Part shown: positions 35,456 to 44,925 of the stretch, piece by piece | Numbering within the stretch: position 1 is the stretch's first letter | Layout: every line of letters starts with the position of its first letter | Program-made: the position numbers and the translations under genes | Notes under the pieces: generated by a model | Told to the model about the DNA's origin: nothing | Seen by the model: the letters and a program-made list of their open reading frames with translations, nothing else | Database searches by the model: none | NCBI GenBank assembly: GCA_938027655.1 | Contig: CALJAP010000054.1 | Coordinates: 1 to 63,026, forward strand | Source: an uncultured bacterium | GTDB lineage: Bacteria > Armatimonadota > HRBIN16 | Length of the DNA stretch: 63,026 nt | Direction: 5' to 3'

Positions 35456-38305
35456 TCATTGCATCCTTTCTTCCATTCTTAGTGCAACGATACCCAACCT
35501 GGGTATTCGAACAGGCTTGCCCAGTGAGACAGCCTGCCCGCTCACGGCGTCAATAAAGCGTTGTGCTTTCACCGGCAAACGTGCGCCGCTGATGCGGACT
35601 TCGGCTTCACGCATCGGGTCAAAGTTGAGAAGGAAAATGGCGAGTCTGCCCCTGTACTCCCACGCAATCGGCAAAACGGTCTCCGGCGCAGCGACTGCCT
35701 CGTCAGGCAATTCCACTCTCCTCCCCTCCAGAAACCAGTCCTCAAACTGGGCGATGATACCACTGGCACGGGCAAGGGCATTGTTAAACCTTCCGTCGAA
35801 GCCGCGATACGACCAGAAGTGAATGCCACGATAGCCAGCAGCAATGTGCTGAACCATCTGCAATGCGGTCAAGTCAGGGTAGTGGTAGTTATAAACCTCA
35901 CTGACACGAGTGTAACCCACAGAGAGCATCGCCCAAAGCGGGGTACCAATTTCGCCGACCATCTCCACCGAACGAACAGACTCTTGATGCAAAGTCGTTC
36001 GGCTGGTCATCGGGGAGTTGCAGTAGCGGAAGAACATTCCACCACGAATGTAAGGCAGAACTTTCCGCCAGGGTAAACGCCCCTCGATGATGACATTACT
36101 GTGGACAGGTGGACCTCCATTAATGTAAAGCCCGGTGCCGGGGCGCTCCTTTTCTATTCGCTCCGCCCACTTCTTCACCATGCGCTCCGTCTGGCTCAAA
36201 GCAAACTCAACCCACTTCTCACGCAAAGTAGCATCGTGGCGAATCACTTCAAAGTCCAGTTTCCGCTCCGGCTCAACCTGCGCAAACTGACGAAATGCCC
36301 TCAGACAACGATGACAAAAGCACACATGCCAAACATGCGGACCTTCCAAATCCCAGTTCCAGCCAATCGGTGAACCCTTGTCGTTGATAATGATGTTGCG
36401 AAAGGCTTCCTCAAAGGCTTCGCTATCTTCAGCCAGCAAAACCTCAGGGCAAACCATCCCAAGTTGCAAATCGGCAGGCTTGCCCTCTGCGTCGATGGCG
36501 GCGTCTTCTGGGTGCTTCTTCAAATATTCGGGCACCCACCAGAACCACCAGAAACTTCGCATCGTTGCAATTCCATACTCTTTCGCCAATGCATCAAAGC
36601 GAGCATCTTGCACGCCTTCTTGCAATCCTGTAACGCCCAGCTTTTGATAGTGCGCCAGCATCTCTTTCCAACCCGATTCAGGCAAGGCAGGTCCGTGAAG
36701 CCAGATAAAGATGGGGATTCGCCTGGGCTGACGCCCGATTTCCGGTGGCAGGACGACGAGCGGGATTTTCCTAGTCGGCTCCACTTCATCGCTTCGACGA
36801 ACGGTCGTGTAAAGAAAACTCTTGTGTGGCAACTTCATCCCCTTCGGGGCTTGCGCCTTGAACCACAGGAGCAAAGGCTGCATCCAAAGGTCTACCTTGT
36901 CAATCGTCGTATGCGCAGGTGGCGTTTTCACCTCAATGCTGACCCTGCGATAACGCTGACCATCTCGAACTGTCCAATCCCGCTTAATGTCGCCAATCTC
37001 CGGGCAGTTGCCATGCTCCCTTTTGGTAGGTGGGTCTAAAACTTCCATCCATTCGGGTATCTCAATCACTGCCTCATAACCTTGTTGCCTGCCTTTTGCG
37101 TCGCTGACGAGAAGCCAAAAGTAAGCCAGTTGACCATCGGAGATGTAAAAAGTGTTTCCGTAAACTTCCACAGGCCAGAGGGCACTGGTTAAACTACCAC
37201 GACCGGGATGGTAAAATGGGATGACCGTCTCTACCGTTGGTTGCTTGGGAACTTGCAATTTGACGGTACAGCGGTAAGGTGCTGCAGGTAAGTGCGCGGG
37301 AATCTCGTAGAGCAAACTACCTGTGTGTGTGACTGGCAGCCTCACCGATTGTCCCGCCAGCGAAATCGTCACCTCAGTGCCTGCCGGCATTGGGACGTGG
37401 GGAGTGAGCGCAACCGTCAGCTGCGTTTTCGCATCCCTCGTCTCAATCAACCCTATCCCTTCTAACCGAACAGGCGCCAATCCAAAGACAATTCGCCCAA
37501 AGCGGTCTGGTTCATGGAAGCCACCTCTCACTGGAGCCCAACTCGTTGTCTCACTGTGGGCGCGCTCTTCACGGTTGAAGTTGATTCCGAAGCAATCGCC
37601 CCTTTTCGGCGACTTTGCGCCGATTGTCGCGAAAGGAATCGCCATCTCAACCGTCCAGCCCTTCTCTCCCCTGTGCGCGGAACTTCGCCAGCGACTATGG
37701 TAGCCGTAATCATCCCAACCTACCCCTAACGGATTGACAACAGCGTGGAAGTAGTAAGACGGCTGCCCCGAGACATCAGGTTGGATGAAGACCTCCACGC
37801 AGTCATCCTGCCAGACCGGTGCTGATGGGTCTTTGTGGGCGATGCGAAGTAAGTCCATTCTATCTTCACGGCAGTCGAAGGCGATGTAGAGGTTCTCGTT
37901 ATCGTAGGCAACTTGTGCCGTCGTCCATTGCGTAGGGGGCTTGTCCGTGCCAAGCCGATGGCCAAGCGTCACCTTTTGCGCCCTTTTCCAAATGTTATCG
38001 TCCAACTGTCCATCTATTTTCGGCGCCATCCCTTTTGGCACTTCGACGGCATAGATGAACGGGAGCAACCCAGGTTGTGGTGTGGGCGCGGTCATCATTC
38101 TACTGCCCTCACCTGCATCTGCTTCGACACCGAACACACCCAGACACGAAGCAATTGAGAGGCACGCTGCTGGCAATCGCCCTGTGCTCGCGCTTTCCAC
38201 ACCACGCCCCCCCAAGCTGCACACAGATACAGCAAGTAGCAAAAGGGAGTTCATCCATCCCCTCACCACAAGGTGTGTCCTTCCCATGTTAAGCCCCCTC
38301 AGCAT
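35456..38305 (-). CDS. large secreted protein with an N-terminal CBM9/DOMON-like module, function unknown (glycan-active?)
   Basis: 949 aa with a signal-like N-terminus. It has a DGQLDDNIWKRAQ sugar-binding-module-like start and a Cys cluster HVCFCHRCLRAF. GC is lower than the backbone. Confidence 0.6.
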   Translation of the reverse strand: MLRGLNMGRTHLVVRGWMNSLLLLAVSVCSLGGRGVESASTGRLPAACLSIASCLGVFGVEADAGEGSRMMTAPTPQPGLLPFIYAVEVPKGMAPKIDGQLDDNIWKRAQKVTLGHRLGTDKPPTQWTTAQVAYDNENLYIAFDCREDRMDLLRIAHKDPSAPVWQDDCVEVFIQPDVSGQPSYYFHAVVNPLGVGWDDYGYHSRWRSSAHRGEKGWTVEMAIPFATIGAKSPKRGDCFGINFNREERAHSETTSWAPVRGGFHEPDRFGRIVFGLAPVRLEGIGLIETRDAKTQLTVALTPHVPMPAGTEVTISLAGQSVRLPVTHTGSLLYEIPAHLPAAPYRCTVKLQVPKQPTVETVIPFYHPGRGSLTSALWPVEVYGNTFYISDGQLAYFWLLVSDAKGRQQGYEAVIEIPEWMEVLDPPTKREHGNCPEIGDIKRDWTVRDGQRYRRVSIEVKTPPAHTTIDKVDLWMQPLLLWFKAQAPKGMKLPHKSFLYTTVRRSDEVEPTRKIPLVVLPPEIGRQPRRIPIFIWLHGPALPESGWKEMLAHYQKLGVTGLQEGVQDARFDALAKEYGIATMRSFWWFWWVPEYLKKHPEDAAIDAEGKPADLQLGMVCPEVLLAEDSEAFEEAFRNIIINDKGSPIGWNWDLEGPHVWHVCFCHRCLRAFRQFAQVEPERKLDFEVIRHDATLREKWVEFALSQTERMVKKWAERIEKERPGTGLYINGGPPVHSNVIIEGRLPWRKVLPYIRGGMFFRYCNSPMTSRTTLHQESVRSVEMVGEIGTPLWAMLSVGYTRVSEVYNYHYPDLTALQMVQHIAAGYRGIHFWSYRGFDGRFNNALARASGIIAQFEDWFLEGRRVELPDEAVAAPETVLPIAWEYRGRLAIFLLNFDPMREAEVRISGARLPVKAQRFIDAVSGQAVSLGKPVRIPRLGIVALRMEERMQ

Positions 38306-38419
38306 TCAGACTCATTCACGCGGTCAACCGCGCCTATCTGCTTCATTGGAACGCCCTGCTGCCGTAGAACGACCAACCTTCGCTACAGGCATTTTTGACG
38401 TTGCACCGTTGCCCCAAGC

Positions 38420-40855
38420 TTATGGCGGGTTCTGGTCAATGGGAACGACAAAGATTTCCCTTGCAGCGCGACCGCCTTTTGGTCCTTTTCCGCTTTGAAG
38501 AAAGCGCAAAATGTACTCACCTGCGGAAGGGAAAGTGGCCACCAATTTGACCAGTTCACCATCCATGCTACCACCGATTTCATGGAGCAACGTTTCTTTA
38601 CCATCAGCCCGTGAAAGGACGAACACGCCGGGACGCCCCCATATTCCTACCATCGCATAAATGATGTGCTCTTTTCCCGCCTGTTCAGGCTTTATTAGCA
38701 ACTTCCACTCAACGCCTCTTTCTGGGTCATCAACCGCCTCGCTTTGCCCGAACTCAAAAACCCACTCCTGTGACAACCCTTTGGGGTTCCAGTAACTTGG
38801 GATGCTGACGCCATATGCACGGATGCCTTGCCCCGTAACGGCATAATCAGCGCACTCTCCCACAAGTCTTCGCAGCGTATCTTGCTTTCTTGCTTCCTCC
38901 TCCTGCCTTTGTCGCCACAGTTTGAGCAAACCAATCGCCACCTTCGCTTCCCGTTCCCGGTAACGCTGGCGCAGAGTTCGCACAAGCTTTTCGTCATCGG
39001 AAACAAGCACCACCTCCGCTACATCCAATCGCTCCAGTTTAAGAATCGTTTTTGCACTGGATGGAGACAAAGGCAACCTCTCAAATCCTCGCTCAGTTAC
39101 CCTCCACGCAAAGCGAGGCGTCAGCCACGGCAACCTCGGTATTTCAACAGACACCGATTTCGTTCGTACCCGAAATGCCTTTGCCTCTTGCGTGTAGTCT
39201 TCGTTGATGATGACCAAAAGCAAAGCCTTTTCGCCTGCAACTAGAGTTGAGACCAACACTTTATCGTCTCCTGTCTTTGCAATATCGGTCGGATGGGAAA
39301 GCGCAAGCAAAGGGGCGATATGTTCCTGCTCACGGTAAGTGCGCCCGATGGCGTGCCAAACATCAGGGAATTCGCCGCTTCCACGGTGAAGATAGGTCGC
39401 CGTCTTTTCCGTGTGATGCCCGTAGCCGAACAATCCCCTTGCGCCCGCTGCGATAGCGTAAAGCATCATCAATCGCTCCTCGCCTGCAAAAGGCGGGCGG
39501 GGGAAACGCATCTCTGCTCTTCGCCGCTCATCGTAAGGCTCTTCATAGCAGCTTTGGAAAGTGAAAGTCACAGGACGCGGTCCAGCGGCATATCGCACTG
39601 TCTTCACCACTTCGTAAACCATCTTTGCATCTTCACCAAGGCTCAGGGGATAGCAATCCGAATTGGCGAAATCGGCAACAGGAGCGTAGATGTAGAAGTT
39701 CGCGGGCTTGAAAGTTAGGTCAATCGTTAAAATCGTCATCGTCTGCGGGTCGGCCTCTCGATACATTTGGCAACGTCGCTCCATCTCCATTGCGAGGTAG
39801 CCGACGCGCTGCTCCATTGGCAACTGTTTTGCCTCAGAGTAATCGCCGACATCGGGTTCATCATAAGGGCAGTACGCGAACACACCGGGATGACCGACCA
39901 TGTAATCATCGGGCGGTCTGTCGCCCAAAATCATTACGGCTCGCATCGCCAACAAAGCGTGAATGTCAAGGTCTTCTTTTCTGTGCCGACTGAAGTTATT
40001 GTGTCCGTTACAGCCATTGCGGGCGTAATCTTCATAAGTTCCGTATCCGTAAGAGCCAAGCGGAACCCAACCGTCGTAGGTTCGCACGCAGCAGGCTGCC
40101 GCTGCCTTATCCGAAACATCCACCCGGTAGATATGATATGAGCCGTAGCGAAGGGGCTGAGGAAGGCGCAGAATAATCGGCGAGATACCCATCTCAAAAG
40201 TCGGGTCTAAAAATCGGCACAGTTTGGTCACATCTTTGCCGTCCAGCCAAACCTGAACCGTTTTGCGGGGCTTTCGGTCGAGGGATACAACCACGAGAAA
40301 AACCTCGTCCATTCTGGCGTTGAACCCAACCGTTTCTATTCGGACAGGGCAGGGCGTTGGAGAAATGTGCGCTGTCACCCACGACCCATCGTCAAATTCA
40401 ATCCGCAAGGTCTGTTCTTCCGTAATAGGTTCACGAGTTCGCACCAAAACCTCACCTACAGCGCCGACGGGCAAGGGTCTTGGGAGCAACCGCCACCAAA
40501 CGACTTTGCCTTCCCCCCGCAACTTCTCCAAAGACTGACCGTTGAGATAAAACGCTGTCGGAGCAATGGGGCGACGGCTTTCGTTTTTGACATAGGCGCA
40601 GAGATAGCCTGCCGCTTTGTATCCCTTCGTGAAAAAATCTTGAAGATTAGGCGCTCCCTCCGACCACCGATAAGGCGTTCCCCGATCGGGCATCCAGTAG
40701 GCAACATCAACCTTCGCTTGTGCCGATGAGATATTGGCGGTTGCCATTAGCAAAACCGAGGCGAAGCACAGGCACCAAATTGGTTTCACTCCGACGCCAC
40801 CTCCATGTTTAATTTGCAGGAGTGACGCAGTTGATGTAAACTCACCTTTGCGCAT
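38420..40855 (-). CDS. large secreted hypothetical protein (possible glycoside hydrolase-like)
   Basis: 811 aa with signal peptide ...CLCFASVLLMATANISSAQA. A likelier start is the GTG at 40789, preceded by GGAGG. GC is lower than the backbone. Confidence 0.6.
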   Translation of the reverse strand: MRKGEFTSTASLLQIKHGGGVGVKPIWCLCFASVLLMATANISSAQAKVDVAYWMPDRGTPYRWSEGAPNLQDFFTKGYKAAGYLCAYVKNESRRPIAPTAFYLNGQSLEKLRGEGKVVWWRLLPRPLPVGAVGEVLVRTREPITEEQTLRIEFDDGSWVTAHISPTPCPVRIETVGFNARMDEVFLVVVSLDRKPRKTVQVWLDGKDVTKLCRFLDPTFEMGISPIILRLPQPLRYGSYHIYRVDVSDKAAAACCVRTYDGWVPLGSYGYGTYEDYARNGCNGHNNFSRHRKEDLDIHALLAMRAVMILGDRPPDDYMVGHPGVFAYCPYDEPDVGDYSEAKQLPMEQRVGYLAMEMERRCQMYREADPQTMTILTIDLTFKPANFYIYAPVADFANSDCYPLSLGEDAKMVYEVVKTVRYAAGPRPVTFTFQSCYEEPYDERRRAEMRFPRPPFAGEERLMMLYAIAAGARGLFGYGHHTEKTATYLHRGSGEFPDVWHAIGRTYREQEHIAPLLALSHPTDIAKTGDDKVLVSTLVAGEKALLLVIINEDYTQEAKAFRVRTKSVSVEIPRLPWLTPRFAWRVTERGFERLPLSPSSAKTILKLERLDVAEVVLVSDDEKLVRTLRQRYREREAKVAIGLLKLWRQRQEEEARKQDTLRRLVGECADYAVTGQGIRAYGVSIPSYWNPKGLSQEWVFEFGQSEAVDDPERGVEWKLLIKPEQAGKEHIIYAMVGIWGRPGVFVLSRADGKETLLHEIGGSMDGELVKLVATFPSAGEYILRFLQSGKGPKGGRAAREIFVVPIDQNPP

Positions 40856-40884
40856 ACCATCCTAATATAACCCTGTTTAGCTAG

Positions 40885-41125
40885 TCAAGAGGAGCGAACT
40901 AATTTCTTGCTCAGCACCGCATCGCGCGAGGTGAACCGCCCCACCTGCGGGTCATAATAGCATACCCCGACGCGCAGCAAGCCCGTATCGCCGTTGTCAT
41001 GGTAGGAGCCTCATGCGCCACCGTATTCCCGAACGCCTCGGTTGTCAACGTGCCGGTCACCGCTTGACCCATATCCACCGTCGCGCGGGTGGTGCTTGAA
41101 CCAGAACGCCATTGGAGTTCTTGCG
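40885..41125 (-). pseudogene. decayed RHS/YD-repeat core fragment
   Basis: One reverse-strand frame reads ...TTEAFGNTVAHE. After an apparent frameshift and stop, the next frame reads SYHDNGDTGLLRVGVCYYDPQVGRFTSRD. This matches the RYYDPxxGRFxSxD core-end motif. Only 13 further codons precede the stop. Confidence 0.55.
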
Positions 41126-41291
41126 GCTATTATACACCTGTAGTTTGTGCCGATACAAGATGGCTACGCGACGGCTGGCAAGCAATCACTAGTTTTTTAG
41201 CCAGAATTGCCCTGCTGCAGGGTAAACACAGACACAGGGGAATCGCCCAGAGGGACGGCGAATGATTGTGAAGGAAGGAGGAGATGAGGAG

Positions 41292-42026
41292 ATGGACGTC
41301 GTGGGCATCATTCCGGCGCGGCTGGCGGCGGTTCGTCTGCCGAATAAACCTTTGCTAGACATCGCGGGCAAACCGATGATATGGTGGGTTTGGCACAACG
41401 CAAAACAGGCGAAAACGCTGCGCGAGGTGATGGTCGCCACGCCCGACGAAGAGATTGCCGAAGTGGTGCGCGCTTTCGGCGGTATCGCGGTGATGACCTC
41501 GCCCAGGCACCGCTCCGGTACCGAGCGACTGGCAGAGGCAGCGCAACACCTCTCCGCGGAGGTCATCGTGAACATTCAGGGTGACGAGCCGTTGATGCCA
41601 CCGGAGAACGTCGACGCGGTCGCGCGTCCACTCATCGAAGACCCTGCTCTGCCGATGAGCAGTCTGATGTGCCCCGCTACCGAGGAGGAAAAGGACAAGC
41701 CGACGGTGGTGAAAGTGGTGGTAGACCGCATGGGCAACGCGCTGTACTTCTCACGCTCGCGCATCCCCTATCCACGCGACCCCTCTGCTCCCGCCATCGT
41801 CTACAAACATCTGGGTATCTACGCCTACCGGCGCGACTTTCTGCTCCAGTACGCGGCGATGGAACCGACCCCGCTGGAGCAGATGGAGATGCTGGAGCAA
41901 CTGCGCGTGCTGGAGAACGGCTACCGTATCCGCATGGTGCGCGTAGAGCAGACCTCTATCGGCGTCGATACGGAGGAGGACCTGAACCGGGTGCGTGCGA
42001 TTATCGCACAGCGTCAGGAGGGGTAG
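41292..42026 (+). CDS. kdsB: 3-deoxy-manno-octulosonate cytidylyltransferase (CMP-KDO synthetase)
   Basis: Starts MDVVGIIPARLAAVRLPNKPLLDIAGKPMI and contains IVNIQGDEP. The ORF track begins at 41262. Confidence 0.9.
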   Translation: MDVVGIIPARLAAVRLPNKPLLDIAGKPMIWWVWHNAKQAKTLREVMVATPDEEIAEVVRAFGGIAVMTSPRHRSGTERLAEAAQHLSAEVIVNIQGDEPLMPPENVDAVARPLIEDPALPMSSLMCPATEEEKDKPTVVKVVVDRMGNALYFSRSRIPYPRDPSAPAIVYKHLGIYAYRRDFLLQYAAMEPTPLEQMEMLEQLRVLENGYRIRMVRVEQTSIGVDTEEDLNRVRAIIAQRQEG

Positions 42027-42029
42027 AGC

Positions 42030-43622
42030 ATGTTGCCGGTGCTGGTGACCGCCGAAGAGATGCGCCAGATGGACCATCGAACCATCGAGGAGATGGGCAT
42101 CCCCGGCTTATTGCTGATGGAGAACGCAGGCTTGCAGGTAGTAAGTCAGGCAGAGAAAAGGTTCGGCAACTGGCGGGGCAAGCGTGTGCTGGTGTTGTGC
42201 GGCGGAGGCAACAACGGCGGCGACGGGATGGTGGTGGCGCGTCACGCAGCGCAACGCGGCGCAGGGGTGCTGGTGGTGCTGGTTGCCGACCCTGCCAAAG
42301 TGGCAGGCGACGCTCTGACCAACCTGCGCATTGTGCAAAAACTGGAACTGCCACTACAGGTGCTGCGCTCCATCGACGAACTGCGCAACCTCTGGGCAGG
42401 CGGATGGGACATCGTGGTGGACGCCCTGCTGGGCATCGGCGTCACTGGCGAGGTGCGCGGGCTCGTCGGCGAGGTGATACGCTTCTTTGAAGGATGCGCT
42501 GCGCCGGTGGTGGCAGTGGACGTGCCCTCCGGGATCGACGCTGATACCGGTGCAGTATGCGGTTGCGCTATGCGTGCGACGCTCACCGTCACCTTCGGCG
42601 CGATGAAAGTGGGGTTGGCGGTCTACCCGGGCGCGGAGTATGCAGGAGAGGTCGTGGTGGCCGACATCGGCATCCCTGCTGCGGTAGTGGAACAGGCAAA
42701 TATCCCTCGCCGTCTGATAACGCGGGAACAGGTGCGCGAATGGTTGCCTGCTCGCCCGTCGGACGCGCACAAAGGGCATTTCGGGCATGTGCTGGTGGTG
42801 GGCGGTTCGGTGGGGTTGGCGGGCGCGCCGATGATGGCAGCAGAAGCCGCATTGCGCGTGGGCGCTGGGTTGTGCTCTGTCGCGCTACCGAAGAGCATCT
42901 ACGCAGCCGCTGCAAGCACTCTGCGCGAGGCGATGGTGCATCCTCTACCCGACGCGCCCGAGGGGTGCCTGAGCGTAGAATCCATCGACGCGATGACGCC
43001 GTTGCTGCAGAGGGCGAACGTACTCGCCATCGGACCGGGCTGGAGCACCCACCCGCCTGCCCGCGAGGCGTTGCGAAAACTACTGGCTGTCGCGCGCGTT
43101 CCCTGCGTTATCGACGCCGACGCGCTTAACTGCATCGCGCAGGAGCCGGACATCCTGCCTGCCGAACATCCGCCACTGGTGCTCACCCCCCACCCGGGCG
43201 AGATGGCGAGGCTGATGAACACCGACACGGCGACGGTGCAGACGGATCGGCTGCAGATGGCGCGACAGGCGGCGCAGCGTTTCGGGGCAGTTGTGGCGTT
43301 GAAGGGAGCGCGCACCGTTGTCGCCACGCCCGAAGGCAGAATCTGGGTGAACCCTACCGGCAACGCGGGCATGGCAACGGGCGGTAGCGGCGATGTGTTA
43401 ACCGGCGCGATAGCAGGACTGATAGCACAGGGGCTGGACGTGCAGCAGGGCGCAGCAGCAGGCGTATATATCCATGGGTTGGCAGGCGACCTCGCCGCGC
43501 AGGAGTTGGGAATGGCAGGATTCATTGCGGGAGACATCATTCGACTCCTGCCGCAGGCGATGAGGTGTATCCAGACACTGGAGGGCGAGGCTCCTGCCGA
43601 GCCGTTGAAGACAGGAGGATAA
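42030..43622 (+). CDS. nnr: bifunctional NAD(P)H-hydrate repair enzyme (epimerase/dehydratase)
   Basis: The YjeF-N domain has CGGGNNGGDG. The C-terminal carbohydrate-kinase domain has GGSGDVLTG. The last 15 codons derive from repeat module A. Confidence 0.9.
   Translation: MLPVLVTAEEMRQMDHRTIEEMGIPGLLLMENAGLQVVSQAEKRFGNWRGKRVLVLCGGGNNGGDGMVVARHAAQRGAGVLVVLVADPAKVAGDALTNLRIVQKLELPLQVLRSIDELRNLWAGGWDIVVDALLGIGVTGEVRGLVGEVIRFFEGCAAPVVAVDVPSGIDADTGAVCGCAMRATLTVTFGAMKVGLAVYPGAEYAGEVVVADIGIPAAVVEQANIPRRLITREQVREWLPARPSDAHKGHFGHVLVVGGSVGLAGAPMMAAEAALRVGAGLCSVALPKSIYAAAASTLREAMVHPLPDAPEGCLSVESIDAMTPLLQRANVLAIGPGWSTHPPAREALRKLLAVARVPCVIDADALNCIAQEPDILPAEHPPLVLTPHPGEMARLMNTDTATVQTDRLQMARQAAQRFGAVVALKGARTVVATPEGRIWVNPTGNAGMATGGSGDVLTGAIAGLIAQGLDVQQGAAAGVYIHGLAGDLAAQELGMAGFIAGDIIRLLPQAMRCIQTLEGEAPAEPLKTGG
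43578..43604 (+). repeat. dispersed repeat module A inside the nnr 3' end
   Basis: ctggagggcgaggctcctgccgagccg, translated in frame as LEGEAPAEP. Confidence 0.9.
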
Positions 43623-43626
43623 GAGT

Positions 43627-44922
43627 ATGTTGCGTATCGCGTGGGTGACGTGTCTGGTGGTTATCACATCGATGACGTGGGCGCTGCCTGACAAGGTAAC
43701 GGTGAACGTGCCCAGCGAGGGCAAATATCTGGTGTGGCTGGAATCGGCAAACGGGCAGACGGTGTTCCTGCCGCCGAACGAAAGCGTAGGCGGTAAGGTG
43801 GAGCTGGACATCGCCTCGCTCAAGAAGCGGTTTGCCGATACTGCCGACAAGACTCTGGAAGGCGCGCGGGTGGGCGTGTACGACGTCAAATACGGCAACC
43901 TTGCCCTGATGACCCTGAAGCCCAACGATACCAGCCTCACCGTCACGCCCGACCAGTTCCAGTATGCTATGCGTGTGCAGGTGCGCCTGCAGACGCCAGA
44001 GGATAAGCCCATCGCTGCGGCGTTCGTGATGCTCACCGACGCGAACAACACCATTCACACCGCCCTGCTGGAGCCGTCGCAGGGGGGCATCGTCTCGCTG
44101 GAGCGCGTGAAGCTGGGCAAGGTAAGCGTGCTGGTCAATTACGGCAACAACCTCACCGCGTCGCAGGAGGCGGAGATTCAGGCGGAGCGTGCCGACCCGG
44201 TGGTCACCCTGACGATGGTCATCTCCAGCGGTGCGCCTGTGCTGGAGGTTGCGCCCACAGCACCCCAACCCGTTTCACAGACCCAGCCCACGGCGCCGTC
44301 CCGTGCGCCTGCGCCTCGCGCTTTCCCCGTATGGAACACCCTTTTCGGACTGCTGGTGCTGGTAGGATTGATTTACAGCGGCTACCGCATCTGGAAGCGC
44401 AAGCAGCTCACCCTGCCCGATGCGCTCAAGAAGCTGGGCATCGACGTAGCGCAGCAACCGCCTGCCCCGCCGCCGGTACAACCTTCCCAGAAGCCGGCGG
44501 TACAGGTCCCCGAAGGGCACTGCCCCTTCTGCGGTCAGCCCATAGACCCTGTCACGGGCGCGTGTGCCTGCTCGGTAACATCCGCCGCGCCAAGCGCGAC
44601 GCCAACAGCCGCAGCCTCCACTGCTATCGCCACTGCTCCCCGCCTGGTGGGGGCGCGCGGAGCGTACGGAGGCAGTATCTTTGAGGTAACCGGCGCGGAG
44701 GCGAGCATCGGGCGCGAGGTGGGCAACACCATCCAGCTCGACCGCGATAACACCGTCAGCCGCCGACATGCCCGTTTGCTGAAGCAGGGCGACAGCTGGG
44801 TGATTCGTGACGAAGGCTCCTCGAACGGCACCTGGGTCAACGGTGTGCGCATTACCGAGCAACCCCTGCGCCCGGGCGACGAGATACAGATTGGCGCAAC
44901 CTTCTTCCGATGGGAAGTGTAA
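43627..44922 (+). CDS. single-pass membrane protein with a cytoplasmic zinc-ribbon-like motif and an FHA domain
   Basis: Signal peptide, a beta-rich ectodomain, a Pro-rich linker, a TM helix (LFGLLVLVGLIYSGY), CPFCGQPIDPVTGACACS, and an FHA domain (IGREVGNTIQLDRDNTVSRRHARL...SSNGTWVNG). Confidence 0.8.
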   Translation: MLRIAWVTCLVVITSMTWALPDKVTVNVPSEGKYLVWLESANGQTVFLPPNESVGGKVELDIASLKKRFADTADKTLEGARVGVYDVKYGNLALMTLKPNDTSLTVTPDQFQYAMRVQVRLQTPEDKPIAAAFVMLTDANNTIHTALLEPSQGGIVSLERVKLGKVSVLVNYGNNLTASQEAEIQAERADPVVTLTMVISSGAPVLEVAPTAPQPVSQTQPTAPSRAPAPRAFPVWNTLFGLLVLVGLIYSGYRIWKRKQLTLPDALKKLGIDVAQQPPAPPPVQPSQKPAVQVPEGHCPFCGQPIDPVTGACACSVTSAAPSATPTAAASTAIATAPRLVGARGAYGGSIFEVTGAEASIGREVGNTIQLDRDNTVSRRHARLLKQGDSWVIRDEGSSNGTWVNGVRITEQPLRPGDEIQIGATFFRWEV

Positions 44923-44925
44923 GCG

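Noticed and set aside
35267-41125. I considered tRNA-Leu as the integration site of the adjacent lower-GC block.
   Set aside because: The tRNA is on the minus strand, so its 3' end faces away from the block, toward ygfZ. No integrase is present, and I found no direct repeat of the tRNA 3' end near 41100-41260.
41669-42490. A 273-aa Arg/Gly-rich ORF spanning kdsB and nnr.
   Set aside because: It is out of frame with two well-supported genes and has low-complexity composition. It is a GC-skew artefact.
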